A DNA stretch of 64,000 nucleotides from Rebecca billardiae RCC1528. Taxonomy: Eukaryota; Protista; Haptophyta. The notes under the pieces are model-generated. The model was not told the origin of the DNA. It worked only from the letters and a program-made list of their open reading frames with translations, and did no database searches. Made by a program: the position numbers and the translations under genes. Shown here piece by piece: positions 22,624 through 34,592 of this stretch; position 1 is the first letter of the stretch, and each line of letters opens with the position of its first letter. Location of the stretch: assembly GCA_965240325.2 (NCBI GenBank), contig OZ251225.1, forward strand, positions 3,100,001 through 3,164,000. Direction: 5' to 3'.

Positions 22624-25600
22624 GCTCGGCGTGCGGCACTTCGAGCTGCTGATGCGCGTGTACTGCATGCTCGCGCGGATGGCGCCCTCGCTCGGCGCGC
22701 GCGTCGAGCTGCTCACAGTCGCGCACGCGTACCTGTGCCGCATGTGGGCTTCGACGGCCGTCGGCGCGTCCGTCGCGGAGGCGCGTCAGATTGCACGCGC
22801 GCGGCTGCAGGCGGCGACGGAGACGGCGGAGCAGAAGGCGGTGCGCGACACGCCGCTCGTGCCCGGCGCGTTCGGCGCGCCCGTGCACGAGCTCCCCGCC
22901 GAGCCCACCGCCTGGCTCACCTGGCGCGGCCCCTCCGACCGGCTGCTCGAGCTGCTGGCCGCCGACCGGCGCGACACGTGCATCTCGGTACGTTCCGTGA
23001 AACGTCCGGCGCTCACGCTGCACTACCTCGACTTCATGCGCGGCGCGCTGAGCGCGGCGGGGCTGGAGCTCGAGACGGCGGTGGTGCTGCGCACGGCGGA
23101 GCACATCGCCGCGCACATCCTCCCCGCCACCGCCGACGGCGCCGCCGCCGCGCCGCACCTCCTATGCCTGGTCACGCGCCGCCGCGCGGCGCTGTGCGAC
23201 GCACTGGCGATGGTGCCGCAGGCGGCGGCCGCGCGCGCGGCGGCGCCCGTCGAGCGGCTGCCGGCGGAGGCGGTGACGCGCGCGCGCGCGGACGCGGCCG
23301 CGTTCGAGCAGACCGTGCGCGAGGCGCGCGCCGCCGGCGCCGCGCCGCCCACCGGCGTGCACGCCGACCCGGCGGTGGCGGCGGCGCGGCTGCCGGCCGC
23401 GCCGCACGTGTGGCTGGAGCTCGCGGCCGTGCTGGCGGCCGAAGGCGAGTGGGCGGGGGCGGAGGCGCTGCTCGCGGAGGCGAGGGCGTACGCGGAGCGG
23501 ACGGGCGACGAGAAGCGGCTCGCGTGGGCCGAGCACCACCGCGCCGCGCTGCTCGCCGCGCAGGGCGAGCCCGCCGAGGCCGCGCGCGCCGAGGCGGCCG
23601 CGCAGACGCACGGCGCGGCCGGCCGCGCGCCGGCCGAGTTCTGGGCCGCGTCCGCGGCCGCGCTCGCGCGGTATTTGGACGAGGCGGCGGTGGAGGAGGC
23701 GGAGGCGGGCGCGACGGAGGCGGCGCTGGGCGCGCTCGAGCGCTGCGCGGCCGCGCTCCTCGCCTTCGCCGAGGCCCACCCCGAGTCCGCCGTGGACGCG
23801 AAGCGCGGACAAGGCCAGGTGCTCCTGGCAGGGGCACGCACGCACCGCGCGCGCGCGCTGCGCACGCGCGCGCGCGCGCTCGGCGGGATTGGCGCGGGCG
23901 GCGCGGAGGGCGGCGCGCGCGGCGGCGGGCTGGGCGCGGAGCCGGCGGAGCCCCTCGCCGGCGTCGGCGAGCGCTCGAGCACCTCGGCGGGCAGCGCCAT
24001 GTCCTCCGCCGCGGAGGTGATGGCGGCGGAGACTGAGGCGGCCATGGCGGCAGAGGCCGACGGTCGCTCGGCGCTCGGCGCCGCGCTCGCGGCCGCCGAG
24101 CTGTTCGGCGGGATGAGCGCGCTGCCTGAGCACGCGGAGGCGCTGCTGCTCGCGGCGGAGCTGTGCGAGGACTTCCCGCTGCCCGACGAGGGCGGGCTCA
24201 TCTCGCCGCTCGGCGTGCGCGAGGCCTCGCTCGCGCGCGCCGCCGAGCTTGCCGAGCGCGCGCAGGCGCCTGCGGCGCGCGTCGCGTGGCTGTCGCGAAC
24301 GCGGCTCACGCCCGTGCGCACGCCCGCGGAGCGCGCGCTCGGCCGCGTGGTGTGCGCGCGCGCGCGGATCGAGCTGCACCGCGCCACGCTCCAGGCCGAG
24401 CTCGAGGACATGCTCGCCGCCTCGTGGATGCCCGAGTACCCGCCGCCGCGCGCCGCGCCTGGCGAGCAAAGGGCGGAGAGCGCCTCGTCGGCCGCGGGCG
24501 GCGCCGGGGCGCGCGCCGCCGGCGGGCGGCGCAGCAGCGCGGCGGCCGCGCGCGCGGCCGGCGCCGGTGTGGAGGCGGAGGTGGCCGAGCTCGCGGCGCG
24601 CGCCGAGCGGCTCCGGGCGCTCAACCACGCCGTGCGCTCCTACCTCACGCCCGAGGGTAAGTTTGCGCGCGACAGCTCGCACGCGCGCCGCGCCGTCGCG
24701 CTCGCCGCGACCGCGGCCGGTCAGCTCGCCGGCACGGCGCTCGAGGCGGAGGCGGAGGCGGTGCGCGGGCGCGCGCTGCTGCAGCTGGCGCGCTGCGCAG
24801 GCGAGCTCGACGAGCCGGTGCGGCCGCCGCCAGCCGCCGACGCCGCCGACGCCGCCGAGCGCGCCGCCGAGCCCGGCGCACCGCCTGCCGTCAGCTCACA
24901 GCCGCGGGAGCCGATGGCGCAGCCGGTGGCGCAGCCGGTGGCGCAGCCGATGGCGCAGCCGGCCAGTCAGAAGAAGGGAGCAGGCGGCGGCGGCTTGAAG
25001 GCGGGCGACGCCGGAGCGAGCGCGGCGGGCGCGGCCGTCGAGTCGAGCTTCAAGCGCGGGAAGAAGGCGCAGGAGGACGAGGCGGCGGCCGACGCGCCGC
25101 TGCCGCCGATGCGCGCGCGCGCGCGGGACGCGCTGCGGCGCGCGCGCGCGCTTGGTCGGTACCACGGCCAGACAGCCGTGGCGGCGCAGGCGGCGCGCGC
25201 GCTCGCGGACGCGGTGGGCGGCGCGGACGCGGAGGAGGCGTGCGCGGCGCTCGCGCTCGCGCAGGCGCTCGAGGTCTCCGCGCGCGCGCGCGCGCTGTGG
25301 CTCTCTCAGACGGCGGGCGGCACCGTCGAGCGCCGCCGCCTGTGCCACCAGCTTGCACTGCGCCGGCCGCTGCCGCGCCCGCCGCGCCTTGACAGCGCCG
25401 CCGCGCTCGAGGCGGTGCTCGACAGCACCAGCCCGGCGTGGCGCGCGCTCAGCGTGCCGCCCTCGCCGCTGCACCTGCTGCTCGACGGCTCCGACGGCGA
25501 CGCGGCCGCTGACGAGGCGGTGGGCTGGCGGGCTAGCCTCGACGAGCACGCGGCCGCGCTCGGCGCCGGCTCGCTACTCGACGACGACGGCGCACAAACC

Positions 25601-27649
25601 GCGGACAGCCTCAAGAAGGGCGGCGGCAAGGGCTCGAAGAAGGCGGAGGCGGCGGGCGCGCCGAAGGGCGGCGCCGCGCCGGCGGCGCAGCCCGCGTGGC
25701 CGCCGCCCGCGCCGCAGCCCACCCTCCCCGCCCCCGAGCGCGGCCAGATGCCCGCGGCCTCCGGCATGCGGCTGCTGCTGCTTTGCCTCGCGCCAGCTGG
25801 CGACGCGCTGCTCGCGGTCGCGGCGCGCGCGGCCGCAGCCGCCGACGAGCAAGGCGGCGGCGGCGGCGGCGGCGCAAAGGGCGGCGGCGCCGAGCCCGCC
25901 GCGCCGCCGCGCGTCGCTCTGGCGCGCGTGCCGCTCAGCCCGCGCGCGCTGCACGCCGCGCTCGCGCGCGCGCGCGGCCTGCAGCGGCAGCTGTCGCGCG
26001 CCCGGCTGCTGCGCGCTCCGGACGCCCCGGCCGCACCGGCGGAGGACGAGGCGGGCGGCAGCGGCAGCGAGGAGGGCGAGGAGGCGGCGGAGGGCGGCGC
26101 GGGCGGCGCGGCGCAGCCGGAGCCGACCGAGGCGGCGGAGGAGCGCACGCTCGAGACCCTCCTGGCGCAGACCAACGGACTCCTCGCCGCGGTGGCCGAG
26201 GACGCCGCCATCTCGGCCGTGCTCGCGCCGACCGCGGCCGAGGCCGCCGCGGCCGCCGCCGCGGGGCGCGCGGCGCAGACGCACCTCGTGCTGTGCGCGG
26301 ACGCGGTGCTCGCGCCGCTGCCGCTCGAGGGCGCGCGCGTGTGCACGCGCCACCACGTCGCCTCCGTCTCGCGCGACTTCTCGTGCGCCTTTGTCGCGCG
26401 CAGGCTGCGCGCGCTGGCCACGCCCTCGCCGCCCGCAGCGCTCACGCGGTCGGGCTGGTCGTGGGTGCTGGACCCGGCGGCCGAGGCGGAGACGGTGCGC
26501 ATGCGCTTCGAGGCCGAGGTGCTCAACCCCCCCGCGGGCGGGCAGCTCGCGTGGCCGGCCAAGGAGTGGCCGCCGGGCCTCAGCGGCGCGGACGCGCACC
26601 CGTCCGCATCTGACTGGCAGGCGTCCCTCGAGCGCTGCCCGGCGTTTCTCTTCGTGGGCCTCTCCCGCTTGCTCGCGTACGCGCCGCCGGCCGCGGTCGC
26701 GACCGCCTCGCTCGAGGGGTGCGGCCTGGCGCTGCTGGCGGACGGCCTCTGCACGCAGGTGCGCGCCGCGCCGCCGAGCAGGGCCGCGCAGAGAGGGCCG
26801 CGCGCGACTCCGCACGCGCTCAGCCGCGCGCCCGCGCTCAGCCGCGCGCCCGCCTCGCCGCGCGCGCTCGCGCCGCGCGCGCTCGCGCCGCGCGCACGCC
26901 CGCCCCGCAGGCCTCGCTGCGCCGGCAGGGCAAGCTGGACAACAAGAAGACCGAGGCCAGGCTCAAGGCGGAGCGGCCGTACGAGACCGCGCTGCTGCTG
27001 GCCGTGCGCGGCACCCTCTGCGTCGTCCTCAACCAGTGGGTGCGTGCAGCGCGCACGCGCCGCGCGCGCGTGCGCGGAGTGCGCGCGCGCGGCGCGGCAT
27101 GCCGTCGGCGCCGCGCCGCGCTGAGCGCGTGCCGACGCCCGCCCGCACGCCCGCCCGCCGCCCTCGCCGCCGCAGGCAAGCACGCCGGCGGCTAACAGCA
27201 AGCTGCTGCACACGGTGCTCACGCAGCTCGCCGACGGCGGGCTCAGCGTCGCCGAGGCGGTGCAGGCCGCCGGGCGACACGCTCTGCTCGAGGCGCCACC
27301 CGCGCCGCCAACGCCCGCGCCGCCCACGCCCGCGTCGCAGACGCCCGCGCCGGCGGGCAAGGCGCCGCGCAAGGGGGCCGCGGCCACGTCCGAGCGCCCC
27401 GACTCGCGCGCGCAGTCGCAGGGGGCTGGCATCAAGCCGACGACGCCCGAGCCCTCGGCGTCTGAGCACGCCTCTCTGCCTCCGCCCTCGCCGCCTCCGC
27501 CCCCGCAGCGGTGCACGCAGCTCGCCCCCCTCGTCTACGGCACGCCGATGCTGAGGATGGGGGCGCCCGCTGCGCCCGGCGGCGCTGAGGCCGGTGCCAA
27601 GGGTGGGGCCGGCACGGCCGCGACCAAGACCAAGTCGGGCAAGCAGTGA
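17852..27649 (+). CDS. CFAP46: Cilia- and flagella-associated protein 46 (TTC40); introns 18029-18151, 26759-26910, 27040-27175
   Basis: LSPEALLLCAEAA, NQFLVRAY, YRFLVYNGSV match my recollection of the CFAP46 N-terminus; ~3100 aa helical protein; spliced frames join to the stop at 27649. Confidence 0.85.
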
Positions 27650-28490
27650 CGATGACTCTGACGACAGCGCGAGGAGTGCCCACTCTGCGCCAGCAGACAC
27701 ACAGCAGTGCACGGCAGACCGCAGAGGAGGCGGCAGAGAAGGAGAAAGCAGCACCCACCCGCCAGGCGATGAAGGCAAGCGAGACTATAGCTGCGAAGAA
27801 AGCGTGATGATGATCGAGAAGATTATTGCATCAGCAGATATGGGGACGCCTGGAAGCGGTTCCGAGGCGCCCCCATCGAATGCAGAGTGAGCACCCGGAG
27901 GGGTCCGAGGTGCCCGGTCGCAGAGAGCAGAATGAGTAGAAGTGACATTGTCATTGAGTGAGACATTGACAGGATTTGACAGCCCCGGCGGATGGATCGC
28001 GCGAGTAGTTGGCAGCAAGCAGGGCAGGTGCACGAGAGAGTGGAGAGAGCGAGGGCTGAGGGCGGCCGACCGCCGACGCACATGCACCTGCTGGAAGAAA
28101 CAACTCCCAGGGGAGGGGCAGCTAGCCACCAGCGCCGCGGTCACCCAGCAGCCACGCCGGCGCGGCGCCGCCGGCCCGCCAAGCCGCAAGTGCGCAGCCA
28201 GCGACCGTAGCGAGCGCGCTGACAGAGACGCGCATCGCTTGCCGAGCTGCGGGGCGGATCCGCGCGCCCCCGCGCCCAGTCCGGGCCTGGCTCAGCTTGA
28301 CGACAGGAAAACCTTCAGGCAGCCGGACCCTGGCTGCCAGCCCGCCCTCATGAGGGCTATACCGGTGAGTACCCGCATAACCGAGCGGTTACACAACTGC
28401 TTATTCCATAAGTGATGGGCGCGCAGCTGATCAGATGAGGCACACGAGGTCGTCATCATGCAGGGCGGTGCAGCAGGACGACCGCCAGCA

Positions 28491-29936
28491 TCAGCCAGCC
28501 AGCTCCCCGTACGACGGCCGTGCGCAGCAGTCCGGGTGGGCGCCACGCGCGTCCGAGAGCAGCTCGTACCCGGCCCAGCCCAGCGCGTGCACGCCGAGCA
28601 GCGCGCTCACGAGCAGCCGTGGCTCGCCCATCGCCGCCTGCCCCGTCCACGCGGGCAAGTGCCCGACGAGTGCGACGGCGAGCGAGGAGCAGAGCATGCG
28701 CGCGCTGAGCAGCAGGCCCGCCGCAGTGCCCGCCTCCTCGGGGAAGCGCTGCAGGCACAGGCTGAGCGTCTGCACGACGGCGAGCCCGCGCGCGAACGTG
28801 ACCACGACCATCGCGCACTCGAGCAGCGCGCAGCCCGCGCGCCGCGCGCGCGGCGCATCGCCCAGCAGCTCGAGGCCGAGCAGCAGCAGCGCGAGCGCGC
28901 ACGTGCCCAGGAGGAGGCCGAGCCTCAGCGTGCCCGCCCTGCCGCTGAGCGGGCCCTCTGCCATCGCGCCGACGCGCGGGGACGCCATCGTGCCCGCCAT
29001 CAGCCCCAGCCCGAGCAGTCCGAGCAGCAGCCCGGACTGCCGCAGCTCCACCCCGTACCACCCCTGCAGCACGTGCCCGCCCATGGAGACGTACGCATAG
29101 AAGGTGGCAAACCCGCCGCAGTCCGCGCAGAGGAAGGAGGCGTAGCGCGGGTCGGCGAGCAGCGCGAGCGCGCGCGAGAGGGCCGCGCACCACGCGCGCG
29201 CACCGGCACGCACACCGCCCAGCCCCCTCTTGGGCACGGGCGCGCTGGACGCAGCGGCGGCGGGCGCGGCCTTTTGGGGCGGCGCGGCGGCGGGCGCGCG
29301 GCGCGCGGGGGCAAAGTCGAGCACCCACGCGGCCACGCCCGCCGTGAGCGCACCCATCGCCGCGAGCATGCCCATGGAGCCGCGCCAGCCCAGCGCGTGC
29401 ACACACCACGTGCTCAGCCACGGCGTAAAGATCACACACAGCGCGCGCGTGGCCGTCATGCGCGCGAGCACGCGCTGGCGCTGGGCGAGGGCGGGGAACG
29501 CGTCCCTGATGTGCGCTTGCGCCGTCACCGTCGATACGGCCGCGCACGTTCCCTGCAGGGCAGCGCAGAGCTTCAAGACCGCAAGCGACTGCGTGGCGGT
29601 CGCGCCGAGCGACGCGCCGACGAGGACGGCCAGCGCTGAGAAGATGACGACGCGCCGGCCGAACGTGTCTGAGGCAGTGCCAGCAAACGGGTAGCTCACG
29701 CCCATCGCGGCCATCAGGACGGCAAGCGCGGACTGCATCGCCGGGACGTCGACGCGCAGATCCCGTGCCATCGTCGGCAGCGCGGGCGCGTAGCTCAGCG
29801 AGGCGACGGGCACCAACGCCGTGAGCAGTGCGAGCACGATGATCATTGCAACGGACGGGTCGGCGGTCGCGCTGCCGACGACGCTGCCGTCGTCGCCGTC
29901 GTCGTGGCTCTCGGCGCGATTCGCGCCCGGCTGCAT
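28491..29936 (-). CDS. MFS transporter, Bcr/CflA (DHA1) drug:H+ antiporter-like
   Basis: YAPALPTMARDL, motif A GTASDTFGRR, LGWRG, FPEEAGTAAG; about 12 hydrophobic segments. Confidence 0.85.
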   Translation of the reverse strand: MQPGANRAESHDDGDDGSVVGSATADPSVAMIIVLALLTALVPVASLSYAPALPTMARDLRVDVPAMQSALAVLMAAMGVSYPFAGTASDTFGRRVVIFSALAVLVGASLGATATQSLAVLKLCAALQGTCAAVSTVTAQAHIRDAFPALAQRQRVLARMTATRALCVIFTPWLSTWCVHALGWRGSMGMLAAMGALTAGVAAWVLDFAPARRAPAAAPPQKAAPAAAASSAPVPKRGLGGVRAGARAWCAALSRALALLADPRYASFLCADCGGFATFYAYVSMGGHVLQGWYGVELRQSGLLLGLLGLGLMAGTMASPRVGAMAEGPLSGRAGTLRLGLLLGTCALALLLLGLELLGDAPRARRAGCALLECAMVVVTFARGLAVVQTLSLCLQRFPEEAGTAAGLLLSARMLCSSLAVALVGHLPAWTGQAAMGEPRLLVSALLGVHALGWAGYELLSDARGAHPDCCARPSYGELAG

Positions 29937-30046
29937 CGCGGATGCTCACTAGTTGGTTGCAGGCGCGTACTTACTGTAGGCGCTCTCACGAAGGCGCCAT
30001 CGCTCCTCTTGTGTCTCGCCGCTCTCGCGACTCGCGACAAGCGACG

Positions 30047-31516
30047 ATGATGACACTTCCGGCCGTCTGCGTCACCCTCGCGCTCGCGGCAGCCTCGCCG
30101 AGGGGCATCGCCGTGGGCTCGACGTACCCGGCGAAGCACCGCTGCTCGCGCTGCGGGCTGTGCGACACGCCGCTCATCGCGCACGTGCGCGACGCGTGCG
30201 CCTTCATCGGCGAAGGCTTTGGGCGCATCGACAGCCTCGAGGCGGCGACGCATGGTCGCGCACGCGAGCTCGAGGAGGAGCAGGAGCTGTACTTCGGCGT
30301 GCACGAGCGCATCGCGAGCGCACGCATGCGCGAGTCCGTGCACGGCGCGGCGTGGACCGGCGTCGTCACCACCATCGCCGCGCGCGCGCTCGAGAGCGGC
30401 ATGGTGGATGCTGTGCTCGCAGTCGGCGCGCGCTCGCAGCAGCCGTACGAGCGGCTCGAGCCGGTGCCCACGCTGTGCCGCACGGCGGACGAGGTACGGG
30501 CGTGCGCTGGCGTCAAGCCCATCCTCTCGCCCTCGCTCGCGCCGCTCGACGCCGTGCGGCACGACCCGTCGATCCGCCGCCTGCTGTTTGTAGGCGTCGG
30601 CTGCCAGGTGGTCCCGCTGCGCTCAGTGGGCGCGGCCTCGCTCGGGCTGGACGAGCTGTTCGTGCTCGGGACGAACTGCGCGGACAACGTGCGCTCGCGC
30701 GAGGCGCTGCGCACCTTCCTGCACGCCGCCTCCGACTCGCCCGCCACGGCCGCGGGCTTTGAGTTCACGCAACATTACGAGGTTCACGTGAGGCATGCGG
30801 CGGGCGGCGGCGCGCAGGCGGGCGCGGGGCCGCGGGGGGCGGCGGGGCAGGCGGACGGCGAGCTGTACGAGCGCGTGCCCGTCTTCAGCGTGGGCGCGTC
30901 CGGGCTGAAGGAGGTCATCGCCACCTCGTGCCACGCGTGCTTCGACTACACCAACGCCCTCGCCGACCTCGTCGTCGGGTACATGGCAGCCCCTCCGCAG
31001 CGCGTGCGCATGGAGACGCACACGCAGTACGTCGTCGTGCGGAACGCGCGCGGGCGCAGGCTGCTCGAGCTGCTCGGCGAGGACGTCGCGCTCGGCGAGC
31101 TGCCCACTTCCGGCTCGCGCTTCGGCGCCGCGCGCGCGGTGACGGAGCAGGACCTGGATGGCCTTTTCCTGCCGTCGCAGGGTGGCGGCCGCGGCGCGCG
31201 CGCGCCGCCGCCGCTGCCGCGCTGGCTCGGCACGCTCCTGGCGCGCGCGCTGAGCGCGTTTGGCCCGCGCGGCCTCGAGTTCGCGAAGAACTCGGTGGAC
31301 TACCACTTCCTGCGCAACGCCGTGCACGCGCGCCTGCTCGACGGCGACGCGCGCGCCCGAGAGCGGATGCCCGCGCACGCGCGCCGCACCCTGTCGCAGT
31401 ACGGCGATCTCGAGTCCGAGCTCGTAGCCAGGTACCGCGCCGTGCGGCCGGCGGCGGAGGCGGGCGGCGCGCCGGGCTGGAGGATGCTGCGCTCGCCCGT
31501 GCGGCGAGAGGAGTGA
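30047..31516 (+). CDS. FrhB-family Fe-S flavoprotein (7-hydroxymethyl chlorophyll a reductase / ferredoxin-dependent 8-vinyl reductase type) with signal peptide
   Basis: YPAK..CSRCGLCDT..IAHV..ACAF, GAAWTGVVTTIA, FVGVGCQV, LGTNCADN, SC.ACFDYTNALADLVVGYM, GLEFAK.SVDYH.LRN. Confidence 0.9.
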   Translation: MMTLPAVCVTLALAAASPRGIAVGSTYPAKHRCSRCGLCDTPLIAHVRDACAFIGEGFGRIDSLEAATHGRARELEEEQELYFGVHERIASARMRESVHGAAWTGVVTTIAARALESGMVDAVLAVGARSQQPYERLEPVPTLCRTADEVRACAGVKPILSPSLAPLDAVRHDPSIRRLLFVGVGCQVVPLRSVGAASLGLDELFVLGTNCADNVRSREALRTFLHAASDSPATAAGFEFTQHYEVHVRHAAGGGAQAGAGPRGAAGQADGELYERVPVFSVGASGLKEVIATSCHACFDYTNALADLVVGYMAAPPQRVRMETHTQYVVVRNARGRRLLELLGEDVALGELPTSGSRFGAARAVTEQDLDGLFLPSQGGGRGARAPPPLPRWLGTLLARALSAFGPRGLEFAKNSVDYHFLRNAVHARLLDGDARARERMPAHARRTLSQYGDLESELVARYRAVRPAAEAGGAPGWRMLRSPVRREE

Positions 31517-32033
31517 GCGTTGAGCCGCGCGCTGCCGCCGGCATGCGCGATGCGTCGATTCTCATCGCGCGCGTCGGCGCTGGCGCGCGCGCGCGTTTTA
31601 AGATGGCCCCACGGCGCATGATTATAATTACCCGCGCATCGGGCGCACGTCGTCCTGACGCCAGCAGTCGCCAGCTGTCCTCTGGGAGCTGAGGGCGAGG
31701 TGCACGCGCTGACTGCTGTTGTATAGCTGCTTGTCACTTTGTCAGCTGCCCGTCGACGATCACGATATATGATGACCGCGTGTGCGACGCGACGGCATGA
31801 TGACGCGATATATGCGCCGATGCGCCCGCGATGACGATCGACGCGCGCGGCGCGATAATTAATATATATATATATATATATATGCATGCATATCATCGCC
31901 GATCGCGCGGTGAACGCCCGTCACGTGAAAACCCGCGGCCCCGCCGTGGGCCGCCGCGAGCCGCGCGACTGGCTCCGCCTCCGCGGCGGCAGATGCACGC
32001 CGACTAGGATGGATGGTGGCGATGGCTCGGCGC

Positions 32034-34434
32034 TCAGGCCCCATCGCCCCCGCCGAGGTCCTCCTCGGCCTCCGCCCGTCGACGGGCCCGGGCACCCCCT
32101 TGCCCGCCCAGCGGCGCGTCGTCGTCTGCGACCACCTCCGGCTCCGGAGCCTCCGCCTCCTCCTCCGCCTCCGCCTCCTCCTCGGAGCCCGCGCTCAGCC
32201 GTGCGTGCTCCTCCATGCGCTCCATCTCGGCGTCCTCCTTGTCCAAGTCGAGCGTCTCGATCGGCACGCCCCCCGGCACGCCGAGCAGCCCGCCCAGGCC
32301 CGCCGCGCCCCGGCTCACATCCTTGCCCCCGCCCTTGGCGCCGCCCGCCGCCGCCCCCTCTGCCTCGCCCTCCAGCGGGCGTGCGCACTCGCGCGCGCGT
32401 GTGGCGCGCCTGTGGACTGCTCGCACAATGTGCGGCACCGCGCGGCCAAAGTCGGGCCTCGGCGCGAAGGGCGAGCCCGAGCCGTACCGCAGCTCCTCCC
32501 GCAGCGCGAGCAGGTTGCGCCGCAGCCGCGCCGCGCGCTCGGTCCCCTCGGCGAGCGCGCGCTCCACCGCCTTGACCGGCGCCGCCATGAACCGAGCCAG
32601 CGGCACCTGAACAATGGCTGCCGAGTAGTCAAGCTCAGCGAGGAAGGGCAGGGGGATGCCGTCGGAGAGGACGATGGGGATGCAGCCCTGCACGCCGCGC
32701 ACGGGCGGGCGCACGCGCGGGGGGACACGCGTGCCCGCCGTTGTCAGCGCGCAGGCGCTGCGCTTCTGCCGCGCGCGCGCGGTGCCGCGTGAGGTCGAGG
32801 CGCGTGTGCGCGCGCGCGTGCACGCCGCGCTCACCGCCATGATAGCATCGTACAGCCGCCTCGAGGTGAGCGTGTCGCCGCGCGGGACGAGGCAGAACTG
32901 CGAGGAGAGCATCTCGCGCGCGTACATCCGCGCGTCGCGCTCGACCACGCTCGCGCCGCTCGCCGCGGCCTGCAGCCGGTTCGCGATGCCCGAGGCGACT
33001 CGGAGGAAGCGGACGCGCGCGCCCGGCACCTCAGCGCCGACCTTGACTAGCTTCACGCGCACGTCCTGGCCCTTGGGCGACTTCTTGTTGATCTCGTGGC
33101 CCGCGTTCATGCCGAAGGTGCCGCGGTAGTACAGCCGGATCCACCGCCGCGGGCCCCACACGTCGCGGAAGTCCTCGAGCTTGTTCGCCGTGTCGGCGGC
33201 GACGGTCGCGCCGAGGCCCTTGCGGCGCGCGCCGGCCGCGCCGCCGCCGGCCGCGGCCACTCCGGCCTCGCCGTCCGTCGCGACGCCGAGCTCGAGCTTG
33301 AGCTGGCGGCCCACCTCCTTGGAGGCGAGGCGCGAGGACGCGGCGTACGGGATGACCACGCGCGCGCACCAGCCGAGCCCGCCCCACACCTCCTCGTTCG
33401 CCAGGATGCTCGAGCGCAGCGTGCGGCGCAGCTCGCCGCCCACAGCCCACTGCGCGCGCGGGCCGCCAGACACCACAAAGTGACGGCCCGGGCGCGCGCG
33501 GAAGTGCGGCGAGCCGCGCAGCGCGGAGTTGGCGCGCCGCATGCGCTCGTCGTGCGTGCCGTGGCCGCAGTTGCCGCCGACGAACTTGGACAGCGTCGGC
33601 CACACGGGCACGAAGAAGACCTCCGCGTCGGCGGCGCGGTGCACGCGGCGCGGGTGCTGCGGCAGGTGGCGCGCGGGGCGAGTCAATAGGCGGCGGCGTG
33701 GGCGCGCGCGGGCGCGGCGGCGGCGGCGGCGGTGCAGGGCGCGGCGCGGCGCGGCGCGGCACCTGCATCAGGTACGCCGTCGTCCACAGCTCGGGCGCGA
33801 CGTGGTCGTACCCCTTGAGCCCGTCGCACGCCCACGGCTCGCAGCCGAACCGCTTGGCAAAGCACGGCAGCAGGTGCGAGAAGTTGTAACTGTCGGAGGT
33901 GTACACGAAGAAGGGGGGCAGCGCGCGCGGCGGGCCGCGCGAGAGGAGCACCGCGTCGCCCGACGGCTTCGGCCCGCCGCTCGCACCGCTCGGCGCACCC
34001 TTGGGCCGGCCCGACTTGCGGCTGAGGCCGAACGCCTCGTAAGGAAAGTCATCCGACAGCGCGTCGGTCGCGCTCGCGGCCGTGCGCGCCGCGGCGATGC
34101 GCGCGGCGATGGACGCGGCGGTGGGGCCGGTGCCCGACGCGGCGAGCACGCCGCTGAACCCCGACCCGTTCGTCGGCCGGCCCCATCGCGCCTGCGAGCG
34201 CGCGGCGCTCACGACCGCCGAGCGGAGCGCCGCGCGCTGCGTCTCGGTCGCCGCCGCACGCGCCGGCGCCGCGCGCAGGACGTGCTGCTGCAGCGCGCCA
34301 AGGCCCGCGAGGAGGACGCACAGAGCCAGCAGGCCGGCCCAGCGCGGGGCGGCGCTCGCCGAGAAAGGGCCACGACCGCGAATGGTGCGCCTCCTCCAGC
34401 GTCAAGCACGAGCGCTCGGCTGCGTGGCAGCCAT
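32034..34434 (-). CDS. Exostosin-family (GT47) glycosyltransferase, type II membrane; two introns (~33654-33762 and 32688-32834); in-frame TGA at codon 11
   Basis: DAEVFFVP, FCLVPRGDTLTSRRLYDAIMA|GCIPIVLSD...LPF...LDY; TM WAGLLALCVLLAGLGAL; start uncertain because of the stop at 34402-34404. Confidence 0.75.
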
Positions 34435-34592
34435 TGATCGCCACGACGGTTGGAGGGCCGCTGCCCGCTGCGCAGCCTGCGCTCGCTCGCCAAACGCTGG
34501 GGAGACTTCGGGCTTCGCCGCTTCGGCAGCCTCCATGCAGTCGGTTCAAAGCTTTTGCGCCGAGCGGCGGAAGGCGCGTAGCGCGGTCGCCC

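Noticed and set aside
27650-28450. Purine-rich spacer with short ORFs, possibly a decayed element
   Set aside because: No recognisable motif, termini or repeat; cannot be supported
30047-31516. Archaeal F420 hydrogenase or bacterial contamination
   Set aside because: Signal peptide, host codon usage and chlorophyll-reductase-type N-terminal Cys motif indicate a nuclear plastid enzyme
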